Shown here piece after piece: positions 9,566-19,048 of a DNA stretch of 64,000 nucleotides; within the stretch, counting starts at the first letter, position 1; each line of letters begins with the position of its first letter. The stretch is from a virus, in IMG/VR virus record IMGVR_UViG_3300045988_106519, positions 1 to 64,000 of that record, one strand, 5' to 3'. A program made the position numbers and the translations under genes. A model generated the notes under the pieces. The model made no database searches, was not told the origin of the DNA, and was given only the letters and a program-made list of their open reading frames with translations.

Positions 9566-10011
9566 TCTTTACTATAAGCTATTAGTTCCTTGAAGTCAAG
9601 GACATACTTGTAGTCGTTAAAGAACTTAGAGCCAAGTATACCATGAATGGTGACACCAGTCTCTTTTTTAATAGAATTAAATACCCCAGACATGTCTTGG
9701 ATGATAAAGACATACTCATAGATTTTGTCTTTGTAAGACATGGCAAAGGAGCATACACCTTCAGCTTTCTGACCATTACCTTCAATACCAGTAACAGTGT
9801 TCTCCATATTAAACACTATTTTATGGCTAAGATTTTTGAGATAAGAGCTGTCAATGATGCAATTATTAGAGCCAGTGTCAAGAAGGAAATTAATTTTCTT
9901 GCTACCTTGATAAAAAGTTACTACAGGAAGTTCTGCCAAGTCGATGCTATTCTTGAAGGACATGGCATTAGGATGAATATCAAAGAATTTATTAATTATT
10001 TTTTTTAGCAT
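9562..10011 (-). CDS. Retropepsin-like (clan AA) aspartic protease
   Basis: 149 aa. FLLDTGSNNCIID (D-T-G-S catalytic triplet) and a later IHGILGSKFF flap/dimer-type motif. ATGA overlap with the polymerase start. Confidence 0.6.
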   Translation of the reverse strand: MLKKIINKFFDIHPNAMSFKNSIDLAELPVVTFYQGSKKINFLLDTGSNNCIIDSSYLKNLSHKIVFNMENTVTGIEGNGQKAEGVCSFAMSYKDKIYEYVFIIQDMSGVFNSIKKETGVTIHGILGSKFFNDYKYVLDFKELIAYSKE

Positions 10012-10021
10012 AAATGTATTT

Positions 10022-10222
10022 TTAGTTTAATGTTATATTTGCTGTACAGCCTTTTGTATCAATATCAATAGGAAGAGCATCATCAACTATCATATATTCT
10101 ACATTATTTTGGTTAAAATCCATTTGAGAGCAAATGTCATCACTATCAAGATTCTCAAGACTTGTAGGAATATCTTTAATGATAATTTTTCCAACACTAT
10201 AATCCAAAACTGCAATTTTCAT
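10022..10222 (-). CDS. hypothetical protein (66 aa)
   Basis: ORF track. Confidence 0.45.
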   Translation of the reverse strand: MKIAVLDYSVGKIIIKDIPTSLENLDSDDICSQMDFNQNNVEYMIVDDALPIDIDTKGCTANITLN

Positions 10223-10230
10223 AGCTTTAC

Positions 10231-10761
10231 TTATTTAGTTCCTGTTGTTGAGAAGCCTCCTCTGTCTTCTTTCTCAGGAAGATTATCTACTTCAATAATT
10301 TCAACACCACTAGTAAACAGCCATTTTAGCTTCTGCCATATAGTTGCCTTTTGGCTAAGTTGGATTCTAAACTGACATACTCTTTCATTTGTAGGAATTA
10401 TTGTATTTCTAAGTGCTACTATAGGAAACTTCCACTCATCATTTGGACCATTATATCCAAATTTACCTCCATCAATAACTCCATAAGCATTTGTTTGTAG
10501 AATACCATAGTTTTTAAAGGTCCCGCTTCTAGCTACCACATTAGCTTCCATACCATCAGGCAACAGCATTGCAACCCCAAGAGGAATAAGAGTTGTACTA
10601 AACTCCACTTTATTAGGCTTGTTTTTAGATATATTCTTTATTATAGGAGCTTTAAGTGTTGCATCTTTTGCACTTCTAAGGTCAACCCAATCTCCTTTGG
10701 CAATAATCTTAGGAAGTTCTACATCTTTATTAAATCTCTTTATATATATTTTCTGTTTCAT
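10231..10761 (-). CDS. dut: dUTPase
   Basis: Motifs GDWVDLRSA, VARSGT, GVIDGGKFGYNG and RVCQFRI, in canonical dUTPase order. Confidence 0.8.
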   Translation of the reverse strand: MKQKIYIKRFNKDVELPKIIAKGDWVDLRSAKDATLKAPIIKNISKNKPNKVEFSTTLIPLGVAMLLPDGMEANVVARSGTFKNYGILQTNAYGVIDGGKFGYNGPNDEWKFPIVALRNTIIPTNERVCQFRIQLSQKATIWQKLKWLFTSGVEIIEVDNLPEKEDRGGFSTTGTK

Positions 10762-10771
10762 TTGTTTAGTT

Positions 10772-11242
10772 CTATTTTTGAAATTTAAATGTTATATCAT
10801 ATTTATAATAACTACCATTTCCTTGATGTTCTATCTTATAGAATCTTTGATTAGTTGTTGGACTATTAAGTCCTCCAAGCTCTTGATCATAATGTCCTAT
10901 TTTAACAAAATCAAGATATTTAAGAATACTTGTCTTATCTTTAGGAATCATGTCAAGACCACAATACCAGGCTGTCTTTATTCTTAAATGAGCGTACTGA
11001 AATAGCTCTATAAGAGAATTAATGTCATGTTCACCTCCAAGAAGACAAAGACATGTGATGCCTTGGTGTTTGTCAAGGAGAGATTGAAGTTCCTCGATAG
11101 TAAGAGGAGTGCCTTTATCTTCCCACAACTCTCTGGAATGACATCCTTGGCAATGAATTTGACAACCAGAGATAGAGATGCCAAGGGATATTTCCCCTGG
11201 CACCTCACTGAATACTTCTTTACAATAAATGTATTTTAGCAT
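10772..11242 (-). CDS. nrdG: Anaerobic ribonucleotide reductase activating protein (radical SAM)
   Basis: SGCQIHCQGCHS is a CxxxCxxC cluster near the N-terminus. Overlaps the nrdD stop. Confidence 0.8.
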   Translation of the reverse strand: MLKYIYCKEVFSEVPGEISLGISISGCQIHCQGCHSRELWEDKGTPLTIEELQSLLDKHQGITCLCLLGGEHDINSLIELFQYAHLRIKTAWYCGLDMIPKDKTSILKYLDFVKIGHYDQELGGLNSPTTNQRFYKIEHQGNGSYYKYDITFKFQK

Positions 11243-13437
11243 ACTTCATCTTTTTTAGCAAATATACGATGGCTGCCTTCCCACTGACGACTTTCAGACC
11301 ATGACTTAAGAGGTTTTAAATAACCTATCACACGAGTCCATAGAGTAGTGTTATGACTGCCACATTTAGGACAGATATGGAAAGGATGCTTGGCAATAAA
11401 CTTACAATCATCACACTGAGTCTGAGGGACATTGAAAGTGATGTAATTATTGCCTACCTTAACAGCGTATTCAAGAAGCTTAGTGTACTGCTCTTTAGAC
11501 AAATTATCCTCAAGATTGAGATGAGAAGCCTGTCCACCATCAATAGATTGGGCAATCTGACCACCCTGCATGGCAATTTTGTTAAGAATAGAAGTGTTGT
11601 CATGAGCATCATAGATATAGGAATTGTATAGATTCTCATCAGAAGGAACCCAATAACCATCCTGCTTGTCCCAATTATAATTTTTCACACCCAAGGACTC
11701 AGCAGGAACTAACTCCAAATTGAACATGAACTTCTTAGAAGAGTGCTGCTTGTTGTATTGCTTAATGACACTAAGAACCCATGATGCAAAGTCAAGGTAT
11801 TCTTTATTATTGCTAACAGTAAGTCCGAGGAATCTTGCAGCTTCATTAAGACCATTGACACCAATAGTACAATAGAGCCTATCAAAGTTTATATAGCCAG
11901 CTTTGGTTTGAGGGAACATACCATGAGCATCCATATGGTAAAGTCCAGTCTTATAAGCACGTTGATAGTCATAGACTCTGAGAAGAATGTCTTCAAGATA
12001 CTTCTGGAAAAGTTTAGAGCCTTCTTCATTCCACAATCTACGAACTGCAATCATCTTTCTTTCTGTTGCACCATTATTAGATCTATGTCTTTGTGGAGAA
12101 TACTCCTTATACCAATCTTGAATAATTCTATTAAGATTGAGAGTCATGACATTACAAGAGCCAGTTTGCACACCAGTAAGACCAGTGGTAGAAGAGAATG
12201 TGTTGTCAGTAACCTCATTGCGGAGTCTACAGCAAGAAGAGATACTATCTGCATTCTTGGAGAGATAGACAAAGAAAGAGTCACCTTCAGCCCATTGAGT
12301 AGTGATGAAATCCTTATACTCCTTGTCAAGAACATCATTGTCGTCAGTAAGACAACATACTGTGATAACAGGAAAAGTAAGTAGGGTTTCAGTGCGCTCT
12401 TTATTAAGCCACCTCATATATCTCTTCTGCAACCAATTGACAGCATTCCAATTAGGCTTGGAACCATCAGGGAAACAAAAATCATCAAACATAGCATGCC
12501 AATAGTAGCTGTCAAAGACATTAAAGTTGGTAAATGGTGATTGATAGCCACGATTGCCAGCAGGCTGATTGAGATAATGAGTTACAGACTGAAAGTACTG
12601 GTCAATGGTTTGACCTATAGTCTTAGACTCAAGACAATGCTCATTGGTAATTATGACATCTTCCTTGAGATAATACTCCTTACCCCATTCCTTTTCACAG
12701 AAATAAGAGAAGAAGTTGAAGAACTCACCATAAGCTCCAGCACCCTTCTTTTGAGCAGACAAGAGGAATATAAGATTCTGAAACTGTCCACAGAAAGAGC
12801 TAAGATGATGAGGAGCATGGTTCTTAGTACCATCAATATTGGTAGTACCATCAACAAGAAGAGGATAGAGAGTATAAGCACTACAATATGGTTTGAGAAT
12901 AGGACAACTCTCATCATGCTGATAAAGAATGTGATGCTCAAGGTCCTTAATGTACTGGTCTCTATATGGAGAATTAATCTCAGCAAGAAGTTCCTTCATC
13001 TGAGAACGCTGTACTAAGCGAGAGGTATCTTTGTAAAGTTCACCTTCAAGAGTGGCAGCATTCTTATTAATAGTATTAGCATTGTCGTCAGTATTAGAAA
13101 GATTGGTAGCAGAAGATTCAGAATCATTGTACTTATGAATATAATGTACTTTATCTTTTATAATACGAGCTTCAGTATGCTTCTCTCTGTAAAGCATATA
13201 AGCCTTGCCTACAGGGAACCAACGTTTGCAAAGATACTTTTCTACTTTATTCTGAATATCCTCTACTGAGGTATCTTCATGCACTTCCTTCTCAATGCTA
13301 TCAAGAAATACTGAGATGTCCTTTTTATCCTTTTCAGAAAGTGAGAAGTTGCAAGCCTGGAATGCTTGAAGCATAGCAGACTCAATCTTTTCTGTGGAAA
13401 ACTCTTCTTTGGAGCCATTACGTTTAATTACAAACAT
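11236..13437 (-). CDS. nrdD: Anaerobic ribonucleoside-triphosphate reductase
   Basis: 733 aa. ATP-cone-like N-terminus (VIKRNGSKEEFSTEKI); C-terminal zinc ribbon CDDC...CPKCGS followed by the glycyl-radical motif TRVIGYL. Confidence 0.9.
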   Translation of the reverse strand: MFVIKRNGSKEEFSTEKIESAMLQAFQACNFSLSEKDKKDISVFLDSIEKEVHEDTSVEDIQNKVEKYLCKRWFPVGKAYMLYREKHTEARIIKDKVHYIHKYNDSESSATNLSNTDDNANTINKNAATLEGELYKDTSRLVQRSQMKELLAEINSPYRDQYIKDLEHHILYQHDESCPILKPYCSAYTLYPLLVDGTTNIDGTKNHAPHHLSSFCGQFQNLIFLLSAQKKGAGAYGEFFNFFSYFCEKEWGKEYYLKEDVIITNEHCLESKTIGQTIDQYFQSVTHYLNQPAGNRGYQSPFTNFNVFDSYYWHAMFDDFCFPDGSKPNWNAVNWLQKRYMRWLNKERTETLLTFPVITVCCLTDDNDVLDKEYKDFITTQWAEGDSFFVYLSKNADSISSCCRLRNEVTDNTFSSTTGLTGVQTGSCNVMTLNLNRIIQDWYKEYSPQRHRSNNGATERKMIAVRRLWNEEGSKLFQKYLEDILLRVYDYQRAYKTGLYHMDAHGMFPQTKAGYINFDRLYCTIGVNGLNEAARFLGLTVSNNKEYLDFASWVLSVIKQYNKQHSSKKFMFNLELVPAESLGVKNYNWDKQDGYWVPSDENLYNSYIYDAHDNTSILNKIAMQGGQIAQSIDGGQASHLNLEDNLSKEQYTKLLEYAVKVGNNYITFNVPQTQCDDCKFIAKHPFHICPKCGSHNTTLWTRVIGYLKPLKSWSESRQWEGSHRIFAKKDEVC

Positions 13438-13461
13438 TTCATATTATATTATACAGTTAAG

Positions 13462-14505
13462 TTATTCTTTTAATTTTAAGCAAGTTATGGTATTAATGCC
13501 ACTTCTATCAATGCCAACAGGAACCTTTGGACGAAAGTTAAGATAACTTTGTAATTCCTTACCTATTTCAAATGGGTCTCTATATTCCTTACCTTCTTTA
13601 TCAATAAGAGTGCCTTTGGCTCTTGTGAGAGGAAACTCCCATACAAGAGGAGTAAGAGACTCCTTGTTGATAACAATGAAACGATAGTCTTCAAGAGTAA
13701 AGTCTTTGAAGTAAGGGTCATTAGACATATTGGCTTTGATAATACGCCAATACAACCTTGCCTGTATCATGTAAGACCATTGTTCAAAACTATCTTGAAA
13801 ATCCCATTCTTTATGTCCACTAGTTTTGAGGTCAATAGGGTAGACTTTCTTTTCCTCATAGTCTACAATAATCAAATCGGCCATACATCTGTAGCAAACA
13901 CTTTCAAATTTAGCACGGAACTTTAGTTGATAGTATCTTTTGACAGAAGACATAGGGTCATTATTTGCAAAGTAGCCTTGAGTGGTAGGAGAAGTCTTGA
14001 GGGTTTGAACCATCTTTAAGATACGGTCATAGGTATTACTATCTACAACAGTTTTATTGTCAGCCTGTATTATGAGATTATAGAAAGAGCCAACCCTTTC
14101 AGAGAAAACCTTGACCCTTGTAGAATCACGCCAATTTTTTTGCCAATCAAATTCACAAAGTATACTCAGAATTTCTTCATAAGGAATAGATGAGAACTGT
14201 GCATATATGGTATGAAGCTTGTCATACAAAGTAAGAACAATCTGTTTCTCCTTGTCACCAATAGAAGGATAGTCTGCTACATAATATAAGTCATCAAACT
14301 CATCTTGTGAACCAGTGATAAGACAGTCAACCATAGAACCTTCTAACAATGACTGAGTAGAGATATGGTCGAAGAGATGGTCAAGCTTGTTAAAGCCTTC
14401 ACGCTCATACTTGGCAAGAGTAGAGTAGCTTAGAGCAGGGTCTGCCCTATACTTCTTTTCTGAAACTTGCCAGGAAATATCTTTTAATTCTTTAGGAATG
14501 TTCAT
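13462..14505 (-). CDS. PD-(D/E)XK (RecB/Cas4-like) exonuclease
   Basis: 347 aa. YPIDLKTSGH followed by IQARLYWR (QxxxY), typical of the RecB-nuclease family. Confidence 0.6.
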   Translation of the reverse strand: MNIPKELKDISWQVSEKKYRADPALSYSTLAKYEREGFNKLDHLFDHISTQSLLEGSMVDCLITGSQDEFDDLYYVADYPSIGDKEKQIVLTLYDKLHTIYAQFSSIPYEEILSILCEFDWQKNWRDSTRVKVFSERVGSFYNLIIQADNKTVVDSNTYDRILKMVQTLKTSPTTQGYFANNDPMSSVKRYYQLKFRAKFESVCYRCMADLIIVDYEEKKVYPIDLKTSGHKEWDFQDSFEQWSYMIQARLYWRIIKANMSNDPYFKDFTLEDYRFIVINKESLTPLVWEFPLTRAKGTLIDKEGKEYRDPFEIGKELQSYLNFRPKVPVGIDRSGINTITCLKLKE

Positions 14506-14533
14506 TATGTTAAACTTTTAGTTATAAGACTTA

Positions 14534-15025
14534 CTAAGCATCTTTAACCTTTAGCTCAGATAAGTCTCTAATAATATCAATAGCTTGGAGAAGTTGCTTC
14601 TTAGTGTAAATCTCAAAATAAATGCTCTTAGGATGATTGTCTTCCAACCACTTGCGGAACATCTTTTTTTTAAGATAAAAGCGGTCATTCTCCATACCTT
14701 TAGCTTCAATTACAACAAGGAAATCATTATACTTAAACACAAAGTCGGGAGTATAAGTAATATCTATAATCTTCTTACTCTCAAGCTTAAGCATTCTTGT
14801 TGTTTTATCTTTGTCATAGAAAGGTACTGTAGGTCGGAAGCCTTGCCATATTACAAACTTATGGGGTTCATACTCAACAGGAAAGCCTTGCTCCCTAAGA
14901 GTCTGATAAATCATCTTTTCAAGTTTAGACTTAAAGAAGATGCCATCATACTCCAAGGGAGAAGCATTCTTTATCTTCTTATTTTCATGCAGACTTCTGG
15001 GCATTATGCTGAAGCTTTTTGACAA
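14534..15025 (-). CDS. Restriction-endonuclease-fold (PD-(D/E)XK-like) nuclease
   Basis: 163 aa. YTPDFVF ... VVIEAKG pattern (D...E-x-K). Confidence 0.45.
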   Translation of the reverse strand: MSKSFSIMPRSLHENKKIKNASPLEYDGIFFKSKLEKMIYQTLREQGFPVEYEPHKFVIWQGFRPTVPFYDKDKTTRMLKLESKKIIDITYTPDFVFKYNDFLVVIEAKGMENDRFYLKKKMFRKWLEDNHPKSIYFEIYTKKQLLQAIDIIRDLSELKVKDA

Positions 15026-15332
15026 TATTATTAAGATCAGCTATTTTATCATCCATTTGCTTGATTTTACTAGTAATAGTTTCAAGAGTAGACATAATCA
15101 TTTGTGCTGTTTCAAGACAATCATCATCTGGTGTGTCAGTGTCTTTATTCTCAAACTCCCTCTCCTCAATGATTTTCTGCTCAAGGAGCATAGGAATTAG
15201 TCCAGGAATAAACTTACACTCCAAGTGGTGATGACAAATATGTCCATCACTTGTGTCCTTAGTGAAATCCAACTCAATCATGTCACCAAACTTAAGCTCC
15301 TCGCCAGAGTCTTTCATAAAATACTTCTTCAT
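14985..15332 (-). CDS. hypothetical acidic protein (115 aa)
   Basis: ORF track. 41-nt overlap with the downstream gene. Confidence 0.45.
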   Translation of the reverse strand: MKKYFMKDSGEELKFGDMIELDFTKDTSDGHICHHHLECKFIPGLIPMLLEQKIIEEREFENKDTDTPDDDCLETAQMIMSTLETITSKIKQMDDKIADLNNIVKKLQHNAQKSA

Positions 15333-15399
15333 GTTTTACTTTGTTTTAAATTTATTATTATTTAATAAGGCTATATTAGCCCAGGTTATTACTTTTAAA

Positions 15400-16023
15400 T
15401 TACTTTGTTTCATACCATTCTATGCCATAGCCATTTTGTCCTATGAGAATACTATTGATATTAGTCCATAGGTTAGAGGGCATAACTTGATTATTCTTTG
15501 CATACCATGATGGATGTCTTGTTTTTAGGATATAGTTATATTTACTATTGATGCAGGACTCAAAGCTTTGAGCCTCAGATCCCATGAGAACATAGACAAT
15601 ACCATTGGTGTGTAAAGAGAGATTAGTGAGAAGAGACCTGATAAAAGGTTTCCACAATAAAGCATGAGACCCTACTTTGCCTACATTACAGGAAAGTGCA
15701 GAATTAAGCATAAGCACTCCCTGAGACTCCCACTTCTCCAAACTTGGGTCAAAGTTAATACTTCCATGAGGAAGGGAGAAGTCAATAACAGACTCCATAA
15801 GAACTTCTAAGGAAGGAGAAAAGTGGGAAGGAGATGTAGAAGGGTCTTGTCCCATAATGACAACCCTAAGATTATGTAATGGACATAAGGTGAAATCTTT
15901 GAATATATCCTTGATATTAGGGTATATAGGTTGTTTAGAAGCTACAAGTTTCTTAAGAATAGTGTTTGCTTCAGTCAGATTGATAACCTTACACCAATCT
16001 CCAAAATATTCTTGTATTGTCAT
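15400..16023 (-). CDS. ung: Uracil-DNA glycosylase (family 1-like)
   Basis: VVIMGQDPS (GQDP water-activating loop), VLMLNSALS, and TRHPS near the C-terminus. Confidence 0.75.
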   Translation of the reverse strand: MTIQEYFGDWCKVINLTEANTILKKLVASKQPIYPNIKDIFKDFTLCPLHNLRVVIMGQDPSTSPSHFSPSLEVLMESVIDFSLPHGSINFDPSLEKWESQGVLMLNSALSCNVGKVGSHALLWKPFIRSLLTNLSLHTNGIVYVLMGSEAQSFESCINSKYNYILKTRHPSWYAKNNQVMPSNLWTNINSILIGQNGYGIEWYETK

Positions 16024-16766
16024 TCTACTACTTCATCAATATGGTCAAGTGCAACACTGAGAAGTTCCTCATTTGTAGTAGAGACAGACGGTGCATTGAC
16101 TTTTTGAAGAGTAAATGGGAACTCGCCTATATCCACTTTGATATTGAAGGACTCATAGGTTGAAAGAAACAGGGGATTGCCGTATATATGAGGGGCATCA
16201 TACCTGTTTCTAAGAGCATTGGGGATTATCTGATTGATAATATATCGTGTGAGAGAATCAGCCTTAACAGTGAATACAGACGGAGAAACCCTTAGAATAG
16301 GTTGAGTAAACTTATACACAAAAGATTTATCAGGATTGTCCTGCTGTACCTTCTCAATCCGCCATGACATAATCATGACAGGCATGAGGTTCTTATTGAA
16401 GATAGCTCCACATGTACCATAATAATAGTTTTCACCTTGAGTATCCAATGGTATTTTTACAAGACGTGCTCTATTAAATATGTTTATCAATATCGCACGC
16501 ATCTTAGAAGACAATGTCTTAAAATTAGATTCTGTACCTATATAATTAAGACGTGCTGTAAGAGAATCTACCTCGTCAGATGTAACAACAGGTAGATTAC
16601 AATTAGACAGTTTTCCAAGCATAAATACAGGAAGCTCAAAGACATCCTTGAATATTGGGACATTCATATACTGAAGATTACGAATTACAGTGTCCCTAAT
16701 AGGATAGATAGAGTCTTGAAAGTATCCTTCAAAGCATCTTTGGATTATATATTTTAAATCTCTCAT
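16020..16766 (-). CDS. hypothetical protein co-translated with the E1-like gene
   Basis: 248 aa. Its start shares base 16766 with the E1-like stop, and its stop overlaps the UDG start (ATGA). Confidence 0.5.
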   Translation of the reverse strand: MRDLKYIIQRCFEGYFQDSIYPIRDTVIRNLQYMNVPIFKDVFELPVFMLGKLSNCNLPVVTSDEVDSLTARLNYIGTESNFKTLSSKMRAILINIFNRARLVKIPLDTQGENYYYGTCGAIFNKNLMPVMIMSWRIEKVQQDNPDKSFVYKFTQPILRVSPSVFTVKADSLTRYIINQIIPNALRNRYDAPHIYGNPLFLSTYESFNIKVDIGEFPFTLQKVNAPSVSTTNEELLSVALDHIDEVVE

Positions 16767-17803
16767 CAGCTTTGGGTTTTGAATAACATGTTTGGAGAAT
16801 CATACTCAGTAAAGAAAGGAAGATCATAAGGGATGATGGGATTAAGAGAATTGGCAATGAAATTGGTAAAGAGATTTACCATAAGAGAGCCAATCATACA
16901 AGCAAGATAAGTGGTCTGTTTCATTGAACATACAGTATGTTCGGCCTGGAAATCAGAGAAGAGAAACTCAGTTTCATACCTATCCATACTAGCCTTATCA
17001 TCACCTTGAATACAGAAAATCTGTAAGGTATCAATAGACAATCTACCATCAAGGAAGAGACACTTAGCTCTACTGTCTGGAGTTAAGGTCTGTATATGTC
17101 TTTTCCAAGAATTGTAGAAAATCTTTCGTGCAGTCATGTTGTCAAATCCACAAATCATGATGGCACCAGCCTCAGTGTTGTCAGTGAACTTACTTGGAAC
17201 AGCATTGACCTGCTTGGCTAATGTGTAGGCAGAAATCATAGAAGCTATAGCATCAACCTTACGTTGTCCAATGTCATTGGTGCTGTAGAGTTGCCCTGCC
17301 ATATTAACCCTTTCTACAATATCCTCATCATAGAGAGTGATGTTAGCAGGAGCCATGCGTGCAAGCTGAAAAGCTACATTAGAACCAATACCTCCTATGC
17401 CAGCAATAATGACACGAGACTTCTGTATCTCATCAAACCATGATGCACCAGAGAAACGGGTAGTGGCTTCATCAACAAGGAGGGATGGAGAATTAAGAGG
17501 AAGAGGAGTAAAGGTAGATTCTGTAGATTCTGTAGGTGGAGTAGATGGAGTAGATTCTGTAGGTGAAGTAAGTTCTGCTTCATCTATATCCCCAAGAAGG
17601 GGTTCTGTGTCTAAATCATCATTTCCTTCTCCTTGATTTTCATCATAATAATTCTCCTCTGGTATTTCTTCAAATTCAGGGTCTAAGATACCATCATTTT
17701 CAATGATGCCATTTTCTTCAAGAATATCATTTACATCATTATCAGTAATATTGAGAGAAGTAGTCTCATTATTGTTTGAATTATTAATATCATTTGTTTC
17801 CAT
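16766..17803 (-). CDS. ThiF/MoeB/E1-like adenylating enzyme with acidic TEST-repeat N-terminal extension
   Basis: VIIAGIGGIGSNVAFQLARM (GxGGxGS Rossmann), ITLYDEDIVERVN, and a downstream Cys in EHTVCSMKQTTYLACMIGSL resembling the MoeB/ThiF crossover region. Confidence 0.75.
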   Translation of the reverse strand: METNDINNSNNNETTSLNITDNDVNDILEENGIIENDGILDPEFEEIPEENYYDENQGEGNDDLDTEPLLGDIDEAELTSPTESTPSTPPTESTESTFTPLPLNSPSLLVDEATTRFSGASWFDEIQKSRVIIAGIGGIGSNVAFQLARMAPANITLYDEDIVERVNMAGQLYSTNDIGQRKVDAIASMISAYTLAKQVNAVPSKFTDNTEAGAIMICGFDNMTARKIFYNSWKRHIQTLTPDSRAKCLFLDGRLSIDTLQIFCIQGDDKASMDRYETEFLFSDFQAEHTVCSMKQTTYLACMIGSLMVNLFTNFIANSLNPIIPYDLPFFTEYDSPNMLFKTQS

Positions 17804-17806
17804 AAG

Positions 17807-19048
17807 CTATACAATATATTGGTAAAGTGTATTGATGTAATGCTGTATATAAGGATTATCATCAACATATTCAGAAAGTTCATCAATAATAGATTGTGCA
17901 ACAACACTTGTAAATATGTCATACTCATCATACATATAAGAAGGAATATCAGGTTCATCATAGTGGTCAAGAGTGAACTGTATGATGAAGTCACGCCATT
18001 CACAGAAGGCATTTGGAAGACTGTCTACAGTAGCAGGCTTGCCAAAGATGCGCTGATAGACATTGAACATGTGACGTGTAATCCAATGCTTGAAGTTGAA
18101 GTTCTTAGGATTGAGAATGAGATTGAGAGTGACTATATGAATCACAGCTTCATGAATCTTCTTAGGGTCAGGGGTCCAGTCATACTCAGTCTCTGTTTCA
18201 GTAGCATTCTGTTTAGGAGTGTCCTTGAAATCAAGAGAAGTCTGCTGTGGAACAGCATTGTTTCTTATATCCTTAGTATGAAGCCAATCAAAAAACTGAG
18301 TATTACCAGTTTCAGACTTTAAATTGAAATCACTAGTTTGCTGAGAGACAACAGAAGTCTTTGCAACATCTTTCTTTTTAAGTTCAATTTCTGCAAAACG
18401 AGTGTCAAGATAAGAAAGAGTATTAGGGACTTCATGACGTTCGACCTGTAAGTCAAAATACTCAATATATTCCTTGTCAACAATCTTAGTCAACTCAGTA
18501 GAGTCATTGCTGATGGTCTTAGAACCATTGCCAAAGAACTCATAAGAAGTACCAAGAGGCTTGACAATGACCTCAGATTTAGACTGTATCTTACGAGTGA
18601 TACGTGCAACATAAGTACCTTTAGTGTCAACAACAAGAGATACAAAACAGTTGGTGTCATTGCCTTCCTGCTGAAGCATTAGATTGTCTTGACCACTGAA
18701 GAATGCACCCAATGCATGATGAGAATGTATCAAGCCAGTGTCACAATCAAACAGCTCAATGTTCTGAGCCATATAAGCTGCGACCTCTTCAGACATGTGA
18801 AACTCAGTCCATCCAGATGTGCCTAAGTCCATAGGATAGAAATCAGCACAAGTAATGACCAAATCATTATTCTCAAAAGAACCTTCATGAGTGAAGAAAA
18901 GAACTCCAGACCATTCAGTAGAGGGAAATTTACGGATGAGATACCTAATCTTTTCCTCTACACTTTGAGGAACAATGAGTTTATATGTAGACTGTCCTTT
19001 TACAAGTTTGGGAAGAGTCTGGGGCTGCGTTGTTATTGTTGTGTTCAT
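17807..19048 (-). CDS. JAB/MPN (JAMM) metallopeptidase domain protein
   Basis: 413 aa. Upstream Glu in STEWSG, then HSHHALGAFFSGQD, an exact HxHx7Sx2D JAMM motif (aa ~108-121). Confidence 0.8.
   Translation of the reverse strand: MNTTITTQPQTLPKLVKGQSTYKLIVPQSVEEKIRYLIRKFPSTEWSGVLFFTHEGSFENNDLVITCADFYPMDLGTSGWTEFHMSEEVAAYMAQNIELFDCDTGLIHSHHALGAFFSGQDNLMLQQEGNDTNCFVSLVVDTKGTYVARITRKIQSKSEVIVKPLGTSYEFFGNGSKTISNDSTELTKIVDKEYIEYFDLQVERHEVPNTLSYLDTRFAEIELKKKDVAKTSVVSQQTSDFNLKSETGNTQFFDWLHTKDIRNNAVPQQTSLDFKDTPKQNATETETEYDWTPDPKKIHEAVIHIVTLNLILNPKNFNFKHWITRHMFNVYQRIFGKPATVDSLPNAFCEWRDFIIQFTLDHYDEPDIPSYMYDEYDIFTSVVAQSIIDELSEYVDDNPYIQHYINTLYQYIV

Noticed and set aside
17440-17600. Short tandem DNA repeats (gtagattctgtag...) as a possible non-coding repeat array.
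   Set aside because: They lie in frame inside the E1-like gene and encode the TESTPSTPPTESTEST linker, so this is a low-complexity coding repeat.
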